41,051 bases of DNA from a virus (Duplodnaviria > Caudoviricetes): positions 1 through 41,051 of IMG/VR virus record IMGVR_UViG_3300039159_000055; one strand, 5' to 3'. How positions within the stretch are numbered: position 1 is the stretch's first letter; the number at the start of each line of letters is the position of its first letter. The notes under the pieces were generated by a model that searched no databases, had not been told where the DNA came from, and saw only the letters and a program-made list of their open reading frames with translations. A program made the translations under genes and the position numbers. This document shows positions 7,624-16,664 of this stretch, one piece after another.

Positions 7624-7850
7624 TGGCTATCAGACACACGCCAAAAACAATTGCAGAACTAATAGTAGACTTGCAAAAACTACCGCAAGATGCTATCCTT
7701 GTGGTGAAAGACGGCGACCTAGACTATGACTCAATTTTTGTAATGCAGATTACGGGAGTAGGAGATGCCTTTGTTAGGACAAACAAGTGGTTTGCTGAAC
7801 TTCACTCTGGCTTTGCTGAAGGTGACTGGTATGAAGAGATCAAGTATTAG
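7623..7850 (+). CDS. hypothetical protein
   Basis: TIAELIVDLQKLPQDA, a common phage N-terminal motif. Confidence 0.65.
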   Translation: MAIRHTPKTIAELIVDLQKLPQDAILVVKDGDLDYDSIFVMQITGVGDAFVRTNKWFAELHSGFAEGDWYEEIKY

Positions 7851-7852
7851 AG

Positions 7853-8014
7853 TTGGCCAAGAGAACTTCGCCAGAGTTACCACCGAAACAATACAGTAAG
7901 TTTGCTTGGTGCATACTGGCCGATCACAATAACTGCCAAGAGTTTGCAAGCACCGTTGAATGCAATTGCGATTGCCATAATGAGGGAGATAACCATGAGA
8001 GAGAAGCTAACTAA
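7853..8014 (+). CDS. small Cys/His metal-binding protein (not in ORF track)
   Basis: TTG start; WCILADHNNC...CNCDCH. Confidence 0.5.
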   Translation: MAKRTSPELPPKQYSKFAWCILADHNNCQEFASTVECNCDCHNEGDNHEREAN

Positions 8015-9365
8015 GCTAAAGCCAGACCCAAGGCAGGAGATTGCCATTCAGAAGATGATTGCAAGCCCAACCAACGCCGCCTTGAACGCAAGTCTCATGG
8101 GTGTGGGCAAGACTCTTATGGCAGTAGAATCCGCCCTAAGACTAGAGGCCAAGACCATCCTAGTGATTGCACCTTTGAATACATTCTGGGGCTGGCACGA
8201 TGCCATACAGCGCCAAACAGACTACACTGCTTACGGATTGTTTCGGATAGATAGCACAAAGCAAGGCATCAAAGCACTTGCAGAGCTTGCCGATGGCAGA
8301 CCAGGATGGTATTTTGTGGGCCGCGAATACTTCCGCACTAAGGATTGGAGCAAGATCAAGCCCGACATGGCCTTGGTTGATGAATGCCACTTCATGCAAA
8401 ACAGGGCGAGCAAGGGCTTCAAGGTTGCCAAGACCCTAAAGGCTGGCTATAAGATGTCAATGTCTGGAACGCCATTCGGCAACAGGTTCGAAGGGTTCTG
8501 GGCCGTGTCAAGATTCCTATGGCCAGACGACAAGATCGTACCAAAGTCTTACTGGAAGTGGGTAGAAGCTTGGGCCAAGACCCAATACAGTCCCTTTGCT
8601 GGTGTCGAAGTTGTTGGGGAGAAGGTTGCTGGTGCATTTGCCAACACGCTTCCTTGCTATGTCAGGCTAGAGCCAGACTATAACATTGATGTTGTCTACG
8701 AGACTAGGTATGTTGACTTGGTTCCTGCTCAGCGCAAGATCTATGAGAAGTTCCAAAAAGACTTGGTCGTGTTCTTGCAAGAGAATCCACTGGTTGCAGA
8801 GGTTCCTATCGCCGCGAGGATCAGGCTTAGGCAGATGACCTTGGCTGTGCCAAGCATTACCGAAGATGAAATGGTTTACTTTGCGGAGGATGCAGTGTCT
8901 ACAAAGTACAAGGCGCTTGTTGAGATCATCGAAGACAACCCTACTGACAAGATGCTCATCTTGACAGACAGCCAAAAGTATGCTAAGATCGTAAACAATA
9001 GACTGAACGCCAAGTTCGGTGACGGTTGCTCATTCGAGTGGAGCGGCCAGGCAAGTCAGGCCAACCGCGAGATCGCAAAGCAGAGATTTATCAAGGATGA
9101 TTTGCAATACATAGTTGCAGTTATACCAGCGATTGCCGAGGGCGTTGACGGCTTGCAGGATGCTTGCCGAACCGTGGTATGGTTGTCGCATAGCGATAGC
9201 AACATACTAAACCAGCAGGTGCTTGACCGTGTCAGAAGGCGCGGCCAGCAAAGGGTAGTTCAGGTGTACGACATAGTCGCAAGAGATACTTACGATGAGG
9301 GCCAGCTAGATGTTTTGTTACAGAGAGAGCTTGACCTACGGGCAAGCCTAAAGGAGGAAAAATGA
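7995..9365 (+). CDS. SF2 (SNF2-like) DNA helicase
   Basis: GVGKT, DECH, SGTP, EGVDGLQ, QVLDRVRRRGQ motifs; RBS GAGGGAG before ATG7995. Confidence 0.9.
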   Translation: MREKLTKLKPDPRQEIAIQKMIASPTNAALNASLMGVGKTLMAVESALRLEAKTILVIAPLNTFWGWHDAIQRQTDYTAYGLFRIDSTKQGIKALAELADGRPGWYFVGREYFRTKDWSKIKPDMALVDECHFMQNRASKGFKVAKTLKAGYKMSMSGTPFGNRFEGFWAVSRFLWPDDKIVPKSYWKWVEAWAKTQYSPFAGVEVVGEKVAGAFANTLPCYVRLEPDYNIDVVYETRYVDLVPAQRKIYEKFQKDLVVFLQENPLVAEVPIAARIRLRQMTLAVPSITEDEMVYFAEDAVSTKYKALVEIIEDNPTDKMLILTDSQKYAKIVNNRLNAKFGDGCSFEWSGQASQANREIAKQRFIKDDLQYIVAVIPAIAEGVDGLQDACRTVVWLSHSDSNILNQQVLDRVRRRGQQRVVQVYDIVARDTYDEGQLDVLLQRELDLRASLKEEK

Positions 9366-9565
9366 GTTATGAATTCTGGAGTTTGTTCTGGGGTTGGCTT
9401 GCAATTGCGGCCTTTGTGATTCCAGTGGGAGCAGCCATACTAATTCAGGTTGTAGTGTTCCTGGTGGCAATGCTTGGAAGTTTTCTGGGCTTTGGAAGCC
9501 AGAGCACGGGCACCTCAAGGGTCAGCATGAGAGTAAACGCACACGACATGGACACGGACTACTGA
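9362..9565 (+). CDS. membrane protein
   Basis: Long hydrophobic N-terminal region; AAGGAGG RBS. Confidence 0.65.
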   Translation: MSYEFWSLFWGWLAIAAFVIPVGAAILIQVVVFLVAMLGSFLGFGSQSTGTSRVSMRVNAHDMDTDY

Positions 9566-10113
9566 TGGCTGAGTATGTATGGGAAGAGGCAGACAAGACT
9601 AACCCTTGGGGCCGCAAGCGGGCTAAGGGAACTCACTGCTCTAAGGGCCATGAGTTTACCGAAGAGAATACTTTTATCAGGCCGTATGACAAGACCCGAG
9701 TGTGTAGAGAATGCCGCAGACGATACGCAAGAAAGAAGTACCAAGACAACAAGGCCGCAGGCAAGAGCAAGTCAAAGCTAATACCAATGGTGGAGTTCGA
9801 GCTGCCACGGGTGTTTGGACTTGATGATAAGCCCGCAAAGCTATACAAGATTCTAAACGAAGGTCTAAGAAACATAGTCACACCGTGTCAAAAAGATACA
9901 GAGCTTTTTGACAATCCAGAAACTGTAACCGCGGATCAAGCAGAAGATGCTTGCCATGGCTGTCCGTTACTTAAGCAATGCCATGACTTTGCAAGTGCAA
10001 ACAAGGAGGAGTATGGTATCTGGGGCGGCATCAACTTTACGAAAGAGAGGTATAAAAATGGCACTGAGTGGTTCGAGAGTGAAGACGTTAGCGATTGGTT
10101 TATTGAACAATGA
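9565..10113 (+). CDS. whiB: WhiB-family transcription factor with N-terminal Zn-finger
   Basis: C-terminal PC...C-x2-C-x5-C...YGIWGG; N-terminal THCSKGHEFTEENT...CREC. Confidence 0.8.
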   Translation: MAEYVWEEADKTNPWGRKRAKGTHCSKGHEFTEENTFIRPYDKTRVCRECRRRYARKKYQDNKAAGKSKSKLIPMVEFELPRVFGLDDKPAKLYKILNEGLRNIVTPCQKDTELFDNPETVTADQAEDACHGCPLLKQCHDFASANKEEYGIWGGINFTKERYKNGTEWFESEDVSDWFIEQ

Positions 10114-10765
10114 GACCGATAGAGATAAGCAACGCAAGGTTGGTGCATCTCAGATCTCCAACCCCTGCACAAGGTGCTTGGCTAGTGATCTATCTGGCGT
10201 GAAGCAGGGCCCTAGTAAGTACTGGCTGGGCGGCAAGATAGGTACCGCTGTGCACCGAGCCATAGAGCAGGAGATACCCAACTCAGATCAGCCAGAGCTG
10301 ACTGACGTGAGGATCGAGGAGAAGATAATCCTAGGAGAGTTACAAGACTACGGAATAATAAGCTCTAAGCCCGACTTGACACTTGCTGGGCACGGTCATC
10401 TTATAGACTGGAAGACAACCACCAGAGCAAAGTCCAAGAAGATACAGAAGTGGATTGACGGAGTTAGTCAAGATGCGGCAACAACTTACACCATGCAAAA
10501 ATACATTGGGCAGAGTCAGCTCTATGCGTGGGGCACCAATAAGGCAGGAACATTTGTTGATGGAATTTCCTTAGTATTTATCAACAGAGACGGCACAAAC
10601 GAGATTGATGTGCTAGAATACACTTACGAGTACGATGAAGCTATGGCCTTAGCGTTGTGGAATAGGCTGGTTGCATTGTGGGATGAACTCCGAGAGGGGA
10701 GCCATCCTGAAAACTATCCCTCGCATTCCGAGTGCTACACCTGCTCTATAAACGGTCTGCTATAA
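10058..10765 (+). CDS. Cas4-like PD-(D/E)XK exonuclease
   Basis: GASQI..PC, GTAVH, KPD...IDWKT, QSQLY, C-terminal CYTC. Confidence 0.85.
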   Translation: MALSGSRVKTLAIGLLNNETDRDKQRKVGASQISNPCTRCLASDLSGVKQGPSKYWLGGKIGTAVHRAIEQEIPNSDQPELTDVRIEEKIILGELQDYGIISSKPDLTLAGHGHLIDWKTTTRAKSKKIQKWIDGVSQDAATTYTMQKYIGQSQLYAWGTNKAGTFVDGISLVFINRDGTNEIDVLEYTYEYDEAMALALWNRLVALWDELREGSHPENYPSHSECYTCSINGLL

Positions 10766-10766
10766 T
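10758..10766 (+). promoter_or_regulatory. extended -10 promoter
   Basis: TGCTATAAT upstream of AAGGAGG RBS. Confidence 0.5.
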
Positions 10767-10791
10767 TTCAAGTCTAACAAGGAGGATACAA

Positions 10792-11541
10792 ATGACTACA
10801 GCGACGCCTGTAACACCAGCTACACAGTTTCCAGAGCTATCCTTTGCCAAGCACGTTCACAAGGCAGAGGCACTAAACGCTCCGAAGACCATCCTAATTT
10901 ACGGGGATGCCGGCCGTGGTAAGACATGGCTTGCTGCCTCAGCTGCAGAACTTGCAGAGCTGTCACCAGTGCTACTAATTGACATCGAGGGCGGCGCATC
11001 AGCTATTGCCCGAGACTTCAAGGACGTGGACGTGGTCGCAGTAGACACACACGAGAAGCTGGACAAGGTTGTTGATGACCTTATCAACATCAAGCACAAG
11101 TACAAGACCGTGATCATCGACACACTCGGTGTGGCCATGGATCGTGCCGAAAAGGTATTCGGCGAGCGGCCAGAGAACAAGGGCAACAAGTTCGGCAAGT
11201 GGGGTGACCTGAAGATCTGGGCCAACAACTTAGTCCGAGCTCTTCACGCTGCACCATTCACCTCCATCATTCTGACTCACGCAGAGGATCAGAAGGATGA
11301 AAACAGCGGGGCAGTCAAGACTGTGCCGAACATTCCGGGTGGTTCCAAGAAGGATCTTCCAGGCATCCCGGACATCATTGGCTACCTAACTGCTCAGAAG
11401 AGAGAAGACGGCACGACTCAGCGTGTGTTGTTAGTAGAGTCTTCTGACAGGTTTGTGACCAAGAACCGTTTCAACTTGCCATCTACTATTGTAGATCCAA
11501 GTATCAACAAGATCTATTCACTAATCAAAGGAGGTAAGTAA
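10792..11541 (+). CDS. Sak4-like AAA ATPase / recombinase
   Basis: Walker A GDAGRGKT, IIDT, LTHAE, KNR motifs; lies between exonuclease and SSB. Confidence 0.85.
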   Translation: MTTATPVTPATQFPELSFAKHVHKAEALNAPKTILIYGDAGRGKTWLAASAAELAELSPVLLIDIEGGASAIARDFKDVDVVAVDTHEKLDKVVDDLINIKHKYKTVIIDTLGVAMDRAEKVFGERPENKGNKFGKWGDLKIWANNLVRALHAAPFTSIILTHAEDQKDENSGAVKTVPNIPGGSKKDLPGIPDIIGYLTAQKREDGTTQRVLLVESSDRFVTKNRFNLPSTIVDPSINKIYSLIKGGK

Positions 11542-12005
11542 TGGGTTACACTATTAACTTCAGTGCTGATGCACTAGAGACAAAAGGTGGTTCACTAGAG
11601 CCAATCGCAGCAGGATCGTACAACGCAACCGTGTTTAATGTTGTCGAGGAAGAGGTGCGCTCAGGTCCGAACGAGGGCAAGCCACGCTTCAACGTACAGT
11701 TCCGCATCAGCGAAGGTGCTAACGAGAACCGCCGCGTGTTCAGCTACGTTCCACTGTACGCTGCCAACGATGCTTGGAAGGCTGCTTCGTTCTTCAAGTC
11801 GCTTGGCTTCGACATCAAGGCTGGTAGCTTCAAGGTGCCAGCTACCGAGGACTTGCTAGGCAAGCCAATCGGGGTGCGCGTCAAGGTTGGTACAGACATG
11901 AACGGCCAGCCTCGCAACGAGGTTGCTGGGTTTGACAAGGCAACATCTGCTTCGGACGCACTCTCCTCAATGGGTGCAACCGCGGTAGACGGGGACACTT
12001 GGTAA
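11541..12005 (+). CDS. ssDNA-binding protein (DUF669-like)
   Basis: EPIAAGSYNATV...DLLGKPIGVRV...RNEV; acidic C-terminus ending DTW. Confidence 0.8.
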   Translation: MGYTINFSADALETKGGSLEPIAAGSYNATVFNVVEEEVRSGPNEGKPRFNVQFRISEGANENRRVFSYVPLYAANDAWKAASFFKSLGFDIKAGSFKVPATEDLLGKPIGVRVKVGTDMNGQPRNEVAGFDKATSASDALSSMGATAVDGDTW

Positions 12006-12047
12006 CCCTCTAAGCCAAGACAGGGGTGCGGCTGTATAACGCACAAC

Positions 12048-12125
12048 GCCCCAATTGGTATCGGTCAGCACCCTCCTCCCTGAGTTCCTGCAGCTGACCG
12101 CTGAGTTCGATTCTCAGCTGGGGCA
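12048..12125 (+). ncRNA. tRNA-like structured RNA with anti-SD loop
   Basis: Acceptor-like stem GCCCCA/TGGGGC, T-arm CTGAG-TTCGATT-CTCAG, 8-bp arm CGGTCAGC/GCTGACCG enclosing CCCTCCTCCCTG. Confidence 0.7.
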
Positions 12126-12276
12126 CGGTGGTTAGTGGCTTGCGAACACCACGCGCAAAGTTGGCGGAAAGCTCTAAGTGCTTAGGGTAAGTAAGTCTCA
12201 CCTGATTTTTTATCCTGAAAACTAACATAGGGACAATCTTTAGCTAGGAAACATGAAGTAACAGGGAGGAGGATAA

Positions 12277-14475
12277 ATGAAAACATCAGATTTTTTGACA
12301 GCAATTTTTGGCGAAGGCGTAGGTATAGCTACGCTCGTAGTTCGCAATGCTTCGAATGGTGAGCTAACAGAGCAGAAGTTTTACGAGTATCCAGAGCAGA
12401 AGCATCAGATGGTTGACTTCGCCACGGCCAGAGCAATGGAAGATGTTTACTTCTCCCCTATCCTTTTTAACGCTAACCGCAGAATCAAAGAGAACGCTAA
12501 GACTGTAAGCGTAATCTATGCAGACGCAGACGCATGCGGGCCAGAGAACTTTATGCTGGCACCTAGCATCTCCGTGGAAACATCAGAAGCAAGATGGCAC
12601 ACCTACTGGATCCTGGACTCAGAGGTTGACCCTCAGGATGCGGCACTACTTTCCAAGAAAGTAGCCTACGCTCACGCCCATCAGGGTTGCGACAAGTCTG
12701 GCTGGAACACAACCAAGCTGCTACGCCTGCCAAACACACGCAACATGAAGCGCGAAGAGCCCTACAGCATCCAAGCAACCACAACCGGGGAAGTCTACAC
12801 GTTCGAGCAAATAGAAGCTGTCTATGGCGATGTTGCCGTAGAAGCCATTCGTGACCTTGCGATCCTCCCAATGCCAGAAGGCTTCCCCGGAATACTAGAG
12901 GTGCTAGAGAAACTGTCACACAATCCGCAGGTTGTGGGCCTTTACATGGAGACACCGCCGCACAATGCTGACCTGTCTAAGCTTCTTTGGAAGCTAGAGA
13001 TGGAGTTGTTCCGTGAGGGGCTGACCGCAGAAGAAGTCTTCACTGTCGCTCGCCATGCCAAGTGTAACAAATACCACAGCCCTGACCGACCAAAGCGTTC
13101 CGACGCCGATGGCGATCTGTGGCGTGAGGTACAGCGGGCCAGCGGTAGTTTTGCATCTAACGTAGATACATTTGTTCCAGCATCGATCACAGACGAAGCT
13201 CCTATCGCTAGGTTTGAGCCAGTTGACATCTCTTTTCTAACTGACATTGAGAGAGAAGTGGTCGAGCAGAGCCCTACATTTGTCGATCAGTATGTCAAGT
13301 GGGCACGTAGCAAGACTGACGGTGCCTTGGGCTACCAGATTGCAAGTGCCTTTACTATCTTGTCATCGGTGTTCTCCGAGTGGGGCTACGCTGTGCCACG
13401 CTACGGCAAGATGGGCCTGAACCTTTGGTTCATGGTGTTAGGTGAGACCACCGCGGCTCGTAAGTCAACAAGCAGGCAGCTCATGCTTAGGGTTGTTAGG
13501 TCCTACGAGAAGTTTGGTGGCTACCAAATAGACATCGGATCTGATGCAACTCCCGAAGGTGTGACTGCAGTTCTGGCTGACCGAGATAAGAAGACCAGCC
13601 TACTGCACCGAGACGAGGTGCAAGGTATGTTCAAGGACTTTATGAACAAGACCTACATGGCGTCTGCTGCCGAGCGGTTCACCGAGCTTTACGATGGCCA
13701 CGTACCTGTGGTTATCAGGTCGGCTAAGGACAAGCGCCAGACCGAGAGAGCAGAGACCAACTTCATAATGTATTTGATGGGCATCACAAGTAAGACCGCT
13801 GATGTCCTGACCAACGAGTACTTTAGGTCCGGCTTCTTGGCTAGGTTTATCTACGTGACCGCAGGCTCACCTCCTAGGACCCGCGAGTCTGAAGACATAC
13901 AGCAGGCCGACGAATACGAAGTGGCTGTCAAGGATGGCGTGATGGATGGCATGGTTGCTGGCTTGTTTAGCTCTGTGACTTACTGGCAGAAAAAGGGCCA
14001 GCCAACCCAAAAGCCAGTGCGCCTAAGCCAAGCGTCTCTGGATAGGTTCAACCAGTACAAGTGGGACATGGGTAACTTTGCAGAGAGTCACCCTGACCGT
14101 GAATCTATCGAGCCATCCAGGCAGAGGCTTGCCCTGTCCGTTTGGAAGTGTGCGACCCTACTTGCGATGCACGAGAAGTGCGAGGAGGTAAAGCTGCACC
14201 ATATGATTATCGCGATTTACTACTCAGAGAAGTGGTTCGAGAACCTGATCCAAATGGCATCCGCTATCTCTGCATCTGAATGGCAGAGAGATGTGGATAA
14301 GCTTGAGGCCTTTGTTGTGGAGCGTGGTGGGAAGGTCCGCTACGAGGAAGCATACAGGAAGTTTAACAACAAGAAGAAGCGAGAGTTCGATGACATCATC
14401 GAGGCTCTTAGGTCGCAAGCAAGAGTCATTTCAGTTGTTGATAATCGCAAGACTTATTTGGAGGTGTTAGCTTAA
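12277..14475 (+). CDS. RepB-type primase fused to DUF3987 helicase-like domain
   Basis: YADAD, ETS..RWHTYW, LLRLPNTRNMK in the N-terminal part; GETTAARKST, RDE, SGFLARF in the C-terminal part. Confidence 0.8.
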   Translation: MKTSDFLTAIFGEGVGIATLVVRNASNGELTEQKFYEYPEQKHQMVDFATARAMEDVYFSPILFNANRRIKENAKTVSVIYADADACGPENFMLAPSISVETSEARWHTYWILDSEVDPQDAALLSKKVAYAHAHQGCDKSGWNTTKLLRLPNTRNMKREEPYSIQATTTGEVYTFEQIEAVYGDVAVEAIRDLAILPMPEGFPGILEVLEKLSHNPQVVGLYMETPPHNADLSKLLWKLEMELFREGLTAEEVFTVARHAKCNKYHSPDRPKRSDADGDLWREVQRASGSFASNVDTFVPASITDEAPIARFEPVDISFLTDIEREVVEQSPTFVDQYVKWARSKTDGALGYQIASAFTILSSVFSEWGYAVPRYGKMGLNLWFMVLGETTAARKSTSRQLMLRVVRSYEKFGGYQIDIGSDATPEGVTAVLADRDKKTSLLHRDEVQGMFKDFMNKTYMASAAERFTELYDGHVPVVIRSAKDKRQTERAETNFIMYLMGITSKTADVLTNEYFRSGFLARFIYVTAGSPPRTRESEDIQQADEYEVAVKDGVMDGMVAGLFSSVTYWQKKGQPTQKPVRLSQASLDRFNQYKWDMGNFAESHPDRESIEPSRQRLALSVWKCATLLAMHEKCEEVKLHHMIIAIYYSEKWFENLIQMASAISASEWQRDVDKLEAFVVERGGKVRYEEAYRKFNNKKKREFDDIIEALRSQARVISVVDNRKTYLEVLA

Positions 14476-14657
14476 TGGATAACTTTAGCAGAAAAGCAAA
14501 GTTTGAAAGTGTAAGGTTTGAACATGAAGCAGTAATGTTTCATTCTATGAAATACGAGCTAGGGTTTAGATATCCACTTGCCCTAGCTTGCTACCAATTA
14601 CATCAAATAATTAAGATGAAGGAGGCTAAGATAGATGAAGACAATGTTGGCAGTTGA
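14475..14657 (+). CDS. hypothetical protein
   Basis: GGAGG RBS, coupled. Confidence 0.55.
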   Translation: MDNFSRKAKFESVRFEHEAVMFHSMKYELGFRYPLALACYQLHQIIKMKEAKIDEDNVGS

Positions 14658-15078
14658 TCCAGGTGGCACTACTGGACTTGCATTATTTGAGTACGATGAC
14701 GAAAGCTACAACCTAATCTGGACAAAGCAGATAGCAAACAAGCTACAGGGATTCCTAGACTTTCATTGGGATGAGCTGGAAGACATTAGGCTGGACCAGA
14801 TCGTCTGTGAGTCATTTGACCTAAGGGAAGGAGTGCATGGCGTTGACCTGAGTGCCGTGTACATAATTGGTGCGATAGAGGCTCTATACCCTAGGGGTGT
14901 GTACGACTTAGTTATGCAAAAGCCTAGCCAGAAGGCGCTTTGTTCCGATCAGAGACTACACAAGATGGGGCTGCACCAAACAGGTAAGCCACACGCCAGT
15001 GACTCGGTGCGCCATGGTATAATTTACTTACGCAATAAGAAACACAAGGCAGTACTTAAAAACGGATGGGAGGACTAA
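14635..15078 (+). CDS. RuvC-like Holliday junction resolvase
   Basis: LAVDPGGTTG, VCESF, HASDSVRH. Confidence 0.8.
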   Translation: MKTMLAVDPGGTTGLALFEYDDESYNLIWTKQIANKLQGFLDFHWDELEDIRLDQIVCESFDLREGVHGVDLSAVYIIGAIEALYPRGVYDLVMQKPSQKALCSDQRLHKMGLHQTGKPHASDSVRHGIIYLRNKKHKAVLKNGWED

Positions 15079-15815
15079 TGAAGATTCTATTTTTAGATAT
15101 CGAAACCAGTCCAATTACAGCTTACACTTGGGGTCTTTGGGACCAAAACATTTCGATTGGCCAGATAGTCAAGGCCACTGAGATGATGTGCTTTGGAGCC
15201 AGATGGTATGGCGAGAAGAAGGTTACCTTTAGATCCGAGTACCATCACGGCAAGAAGGAAATGCTAGAACAGGTTCACAGGATGCTTGACGAGGCCGACG
15301 TGCTAGTCGGTTGGAACTCCAAGGCGTTCGATAGTAAGCACCTGAAGCGTGAGTTCATCGAGAACGGCATGCTGCCACCATCTCCCTACAAAGAGATGGA
15401 CCTGATGCTGACTGTAAAGGCCCAGTTTAAGTTTCCTAGTAACAAGCTTGACTATGTATCACAGAAGCTGGGAGTGGGCGCTAAGGTGAAGCACTCTGGC
15501 TTTGACTTGTGGCTAGGCTGCATGGCTGGCAATGCCAAGTCGTGGGTTGAGATGAAGAAGTATCAGATCCAGGACGTGCACCTACTGATTGACCTTTATG
15601 AAAAGCTAAAGCCTTGGATAACAAACCACCCACACGCTGGTCTTTATAACGGCATCGAGGATGGCTGTGCTGTGTGCTCTTCTAAAAACCTACAGAAGCG
15701 TGGCCTTGCAAGGACCACCTCCGGGACGTATCAAAGGTTCCAGTGCCAGGATTGTGGCAAGTGGCAACGCGGTCCTATCTCCATCAACAAGACTATAACC
15801 AGATCGATAGCATGA
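15078..15815 (+). CDS. DnaQ-like/RNase H-fold exonuclease with C-terminal Zn ribbon
   Basis: LDIETSP, WNSKAFD, YQIQDV; CAVC...CQDCG. Confidence 0.85.
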   Translation: MKILFLDIETSPITAYTWGLWDQNISIGQIVKATEMMCFGARWYGEKKVTFRSEYHHGKKEMLEQVHRMLDEADVLVGWNSKAFDSKHLKREFIENGMLPPSPYKEMDLMLTVKAQFKFPSNKLDYVSQKLGVGAKVKHSGFDLWLGCMAGNAKSWVEMKKYQIQDVHLLIDLYEKLKPWITNHPHAGLYNGIEDGCAVCSSKNLQKRGLARTTSGTYQRFQCQDCGKWQRGPISINKTITRSIA

Positions 15816-16129
15816 TTCGTAAGTGGTTATCCAGATTGTTCAGGCGAAGGCCTGAGGAGGACCTTGAGCTCGAGGGTGACTACATTGGCTACACTGTCAT
15901 TGATGGCGAAACTGGGATGATGCTTTCTGTCCTCATGGTTTGCGGCTGTGGTAACCCGGTCTCTAGATTGGTTGAGGGAGAAAACACCTTCTTCCACTGT
16001 GAGCACTGTGACGTAGAATGCACAGAGAAACCATGTGAGTCCTGCACTGCCCACTTCTTGTTTGATGCTGAAGCTGCAAAGCTAGGTTCTAGAGAGGGAT
16101 TTGAGTACCCCGAACAAGAACAAGATTAA
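15812..16129 (+). CDS. Cys-rich hypothetical protein
   Basis: CGCG, CEHC, CESC. Confidence 0.65.
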   Translation: MIRKWLSRLFRRRPEEDLELEGDYIGYTVIDGETGMMLSVLMVCGCGNPVSRLVEGENTFFHCEHCDVECTEKPCESCTAHFLFDAEAAKLGSREGFEYPEQEQD

Positions 16130-16132
16130 ACG

Positions 16133-16167
16133 AAGAAGCCCCCTGTCACTTCTGCAGGGGGCTTCTT
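16133..16167. terminator. bidirectional intrinsic terminator
   Basis: 13-bp stem AAGAAGCCCCCTG/CAGGGGGCTTCTT where the two transcription arms converge. Confidence 0.85.
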
Positions 16168-16193
16168 GCTTGTCGGGTATTTCCTAAACAACC

Positions 16194-16448
16194 CTACCTA
16201 GATAGGATACTCCACAGCGCTCCCGATCCCGCAAGAAGCGAGACCACAAGTGCAATATTTTCTCTAACCGTACTTCTCTGAGTCTTAAGCTTCTGAATTT
16301 CCATCTGCATGTTCTGGATTTCATCATCCTGAGAGTCTACCATTTTTTCAAGCCTGTTAACAGATTCGCGCAAACCTTTAATACCTTCCTCGATCCGCCC
16401 GATTGCTACTAATACTTCTACCCAGTCTCTCCCGTTATCTTCAGACAT
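16194..16448 (-). CDS. coiled-coil membrane protein of lysis cassette
   Basis: Heptad region followed by a C-terminal TM helix; downstream of holin. Confidence 0.7.
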   Translation of the reverse strand: MSEDNGRDWVEVLVAIGRIEEGIKGLRESVNRLEKMVDSQDDEIQNMQMEIQKLKTQRSTVRENIALVVSLLAGSGALWSILSR

Positions 16449-16452
16449 AATC

Positions 16453-16662
16453 TTACTTTTGGTTCACGACTGATGTTAACACAGAGACGATCGCCGCGGT
16501 GGCTGCAACTGCTAGAGCATTAACCAGATCTATTGTGACAAAGCTAATAGTGTTGCCTGTCATTGCGTCTACACCAGCGAAGGCCACTAAAGTCTGTGCA
16601 AATGTTTTTATTGCTCTCTCTCCGGCATATTCCCAAAACTTTTTTGTCATTATCGAACTCAT
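16453..16662 (-). CDS. holin (r1t-like)
   Basis: FWEYAGERAIKTFAQT...SVLTSV. Confidence 0.85.
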   Translation of the reverse strand: MSSIMTKKFWEYAGERAIKTFAQTLVAFAGVDAMTGNTISFVTIDLVNALAVAATAAIVSVLTSVVNQK

Positions 16663-16664
16663 GT

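Noticed and set aside
10058-10765. CRISPR-Cas locus
   Set aside because: The Cas4-like nuclease sits in a standard exonuclease-Sak4-SSB recombination module; no repeat-spacer array or other cas genes are seen.
12048-12125. Canonical tRNA or tmRNA gene
   Set aside because: No D-stem, no 7-nt anticodon loop and no encoded CCA; no G3-U70 alanine identity pair or tag reading frame. Kept only as tRNA-like.
12128-12158. Classical H-type pseudoknot or known riboswitch
   Set aside because: The third loop would be a single nucleotide and no known aptamer consensus is recognisable; treated only as possible alternative pairings.
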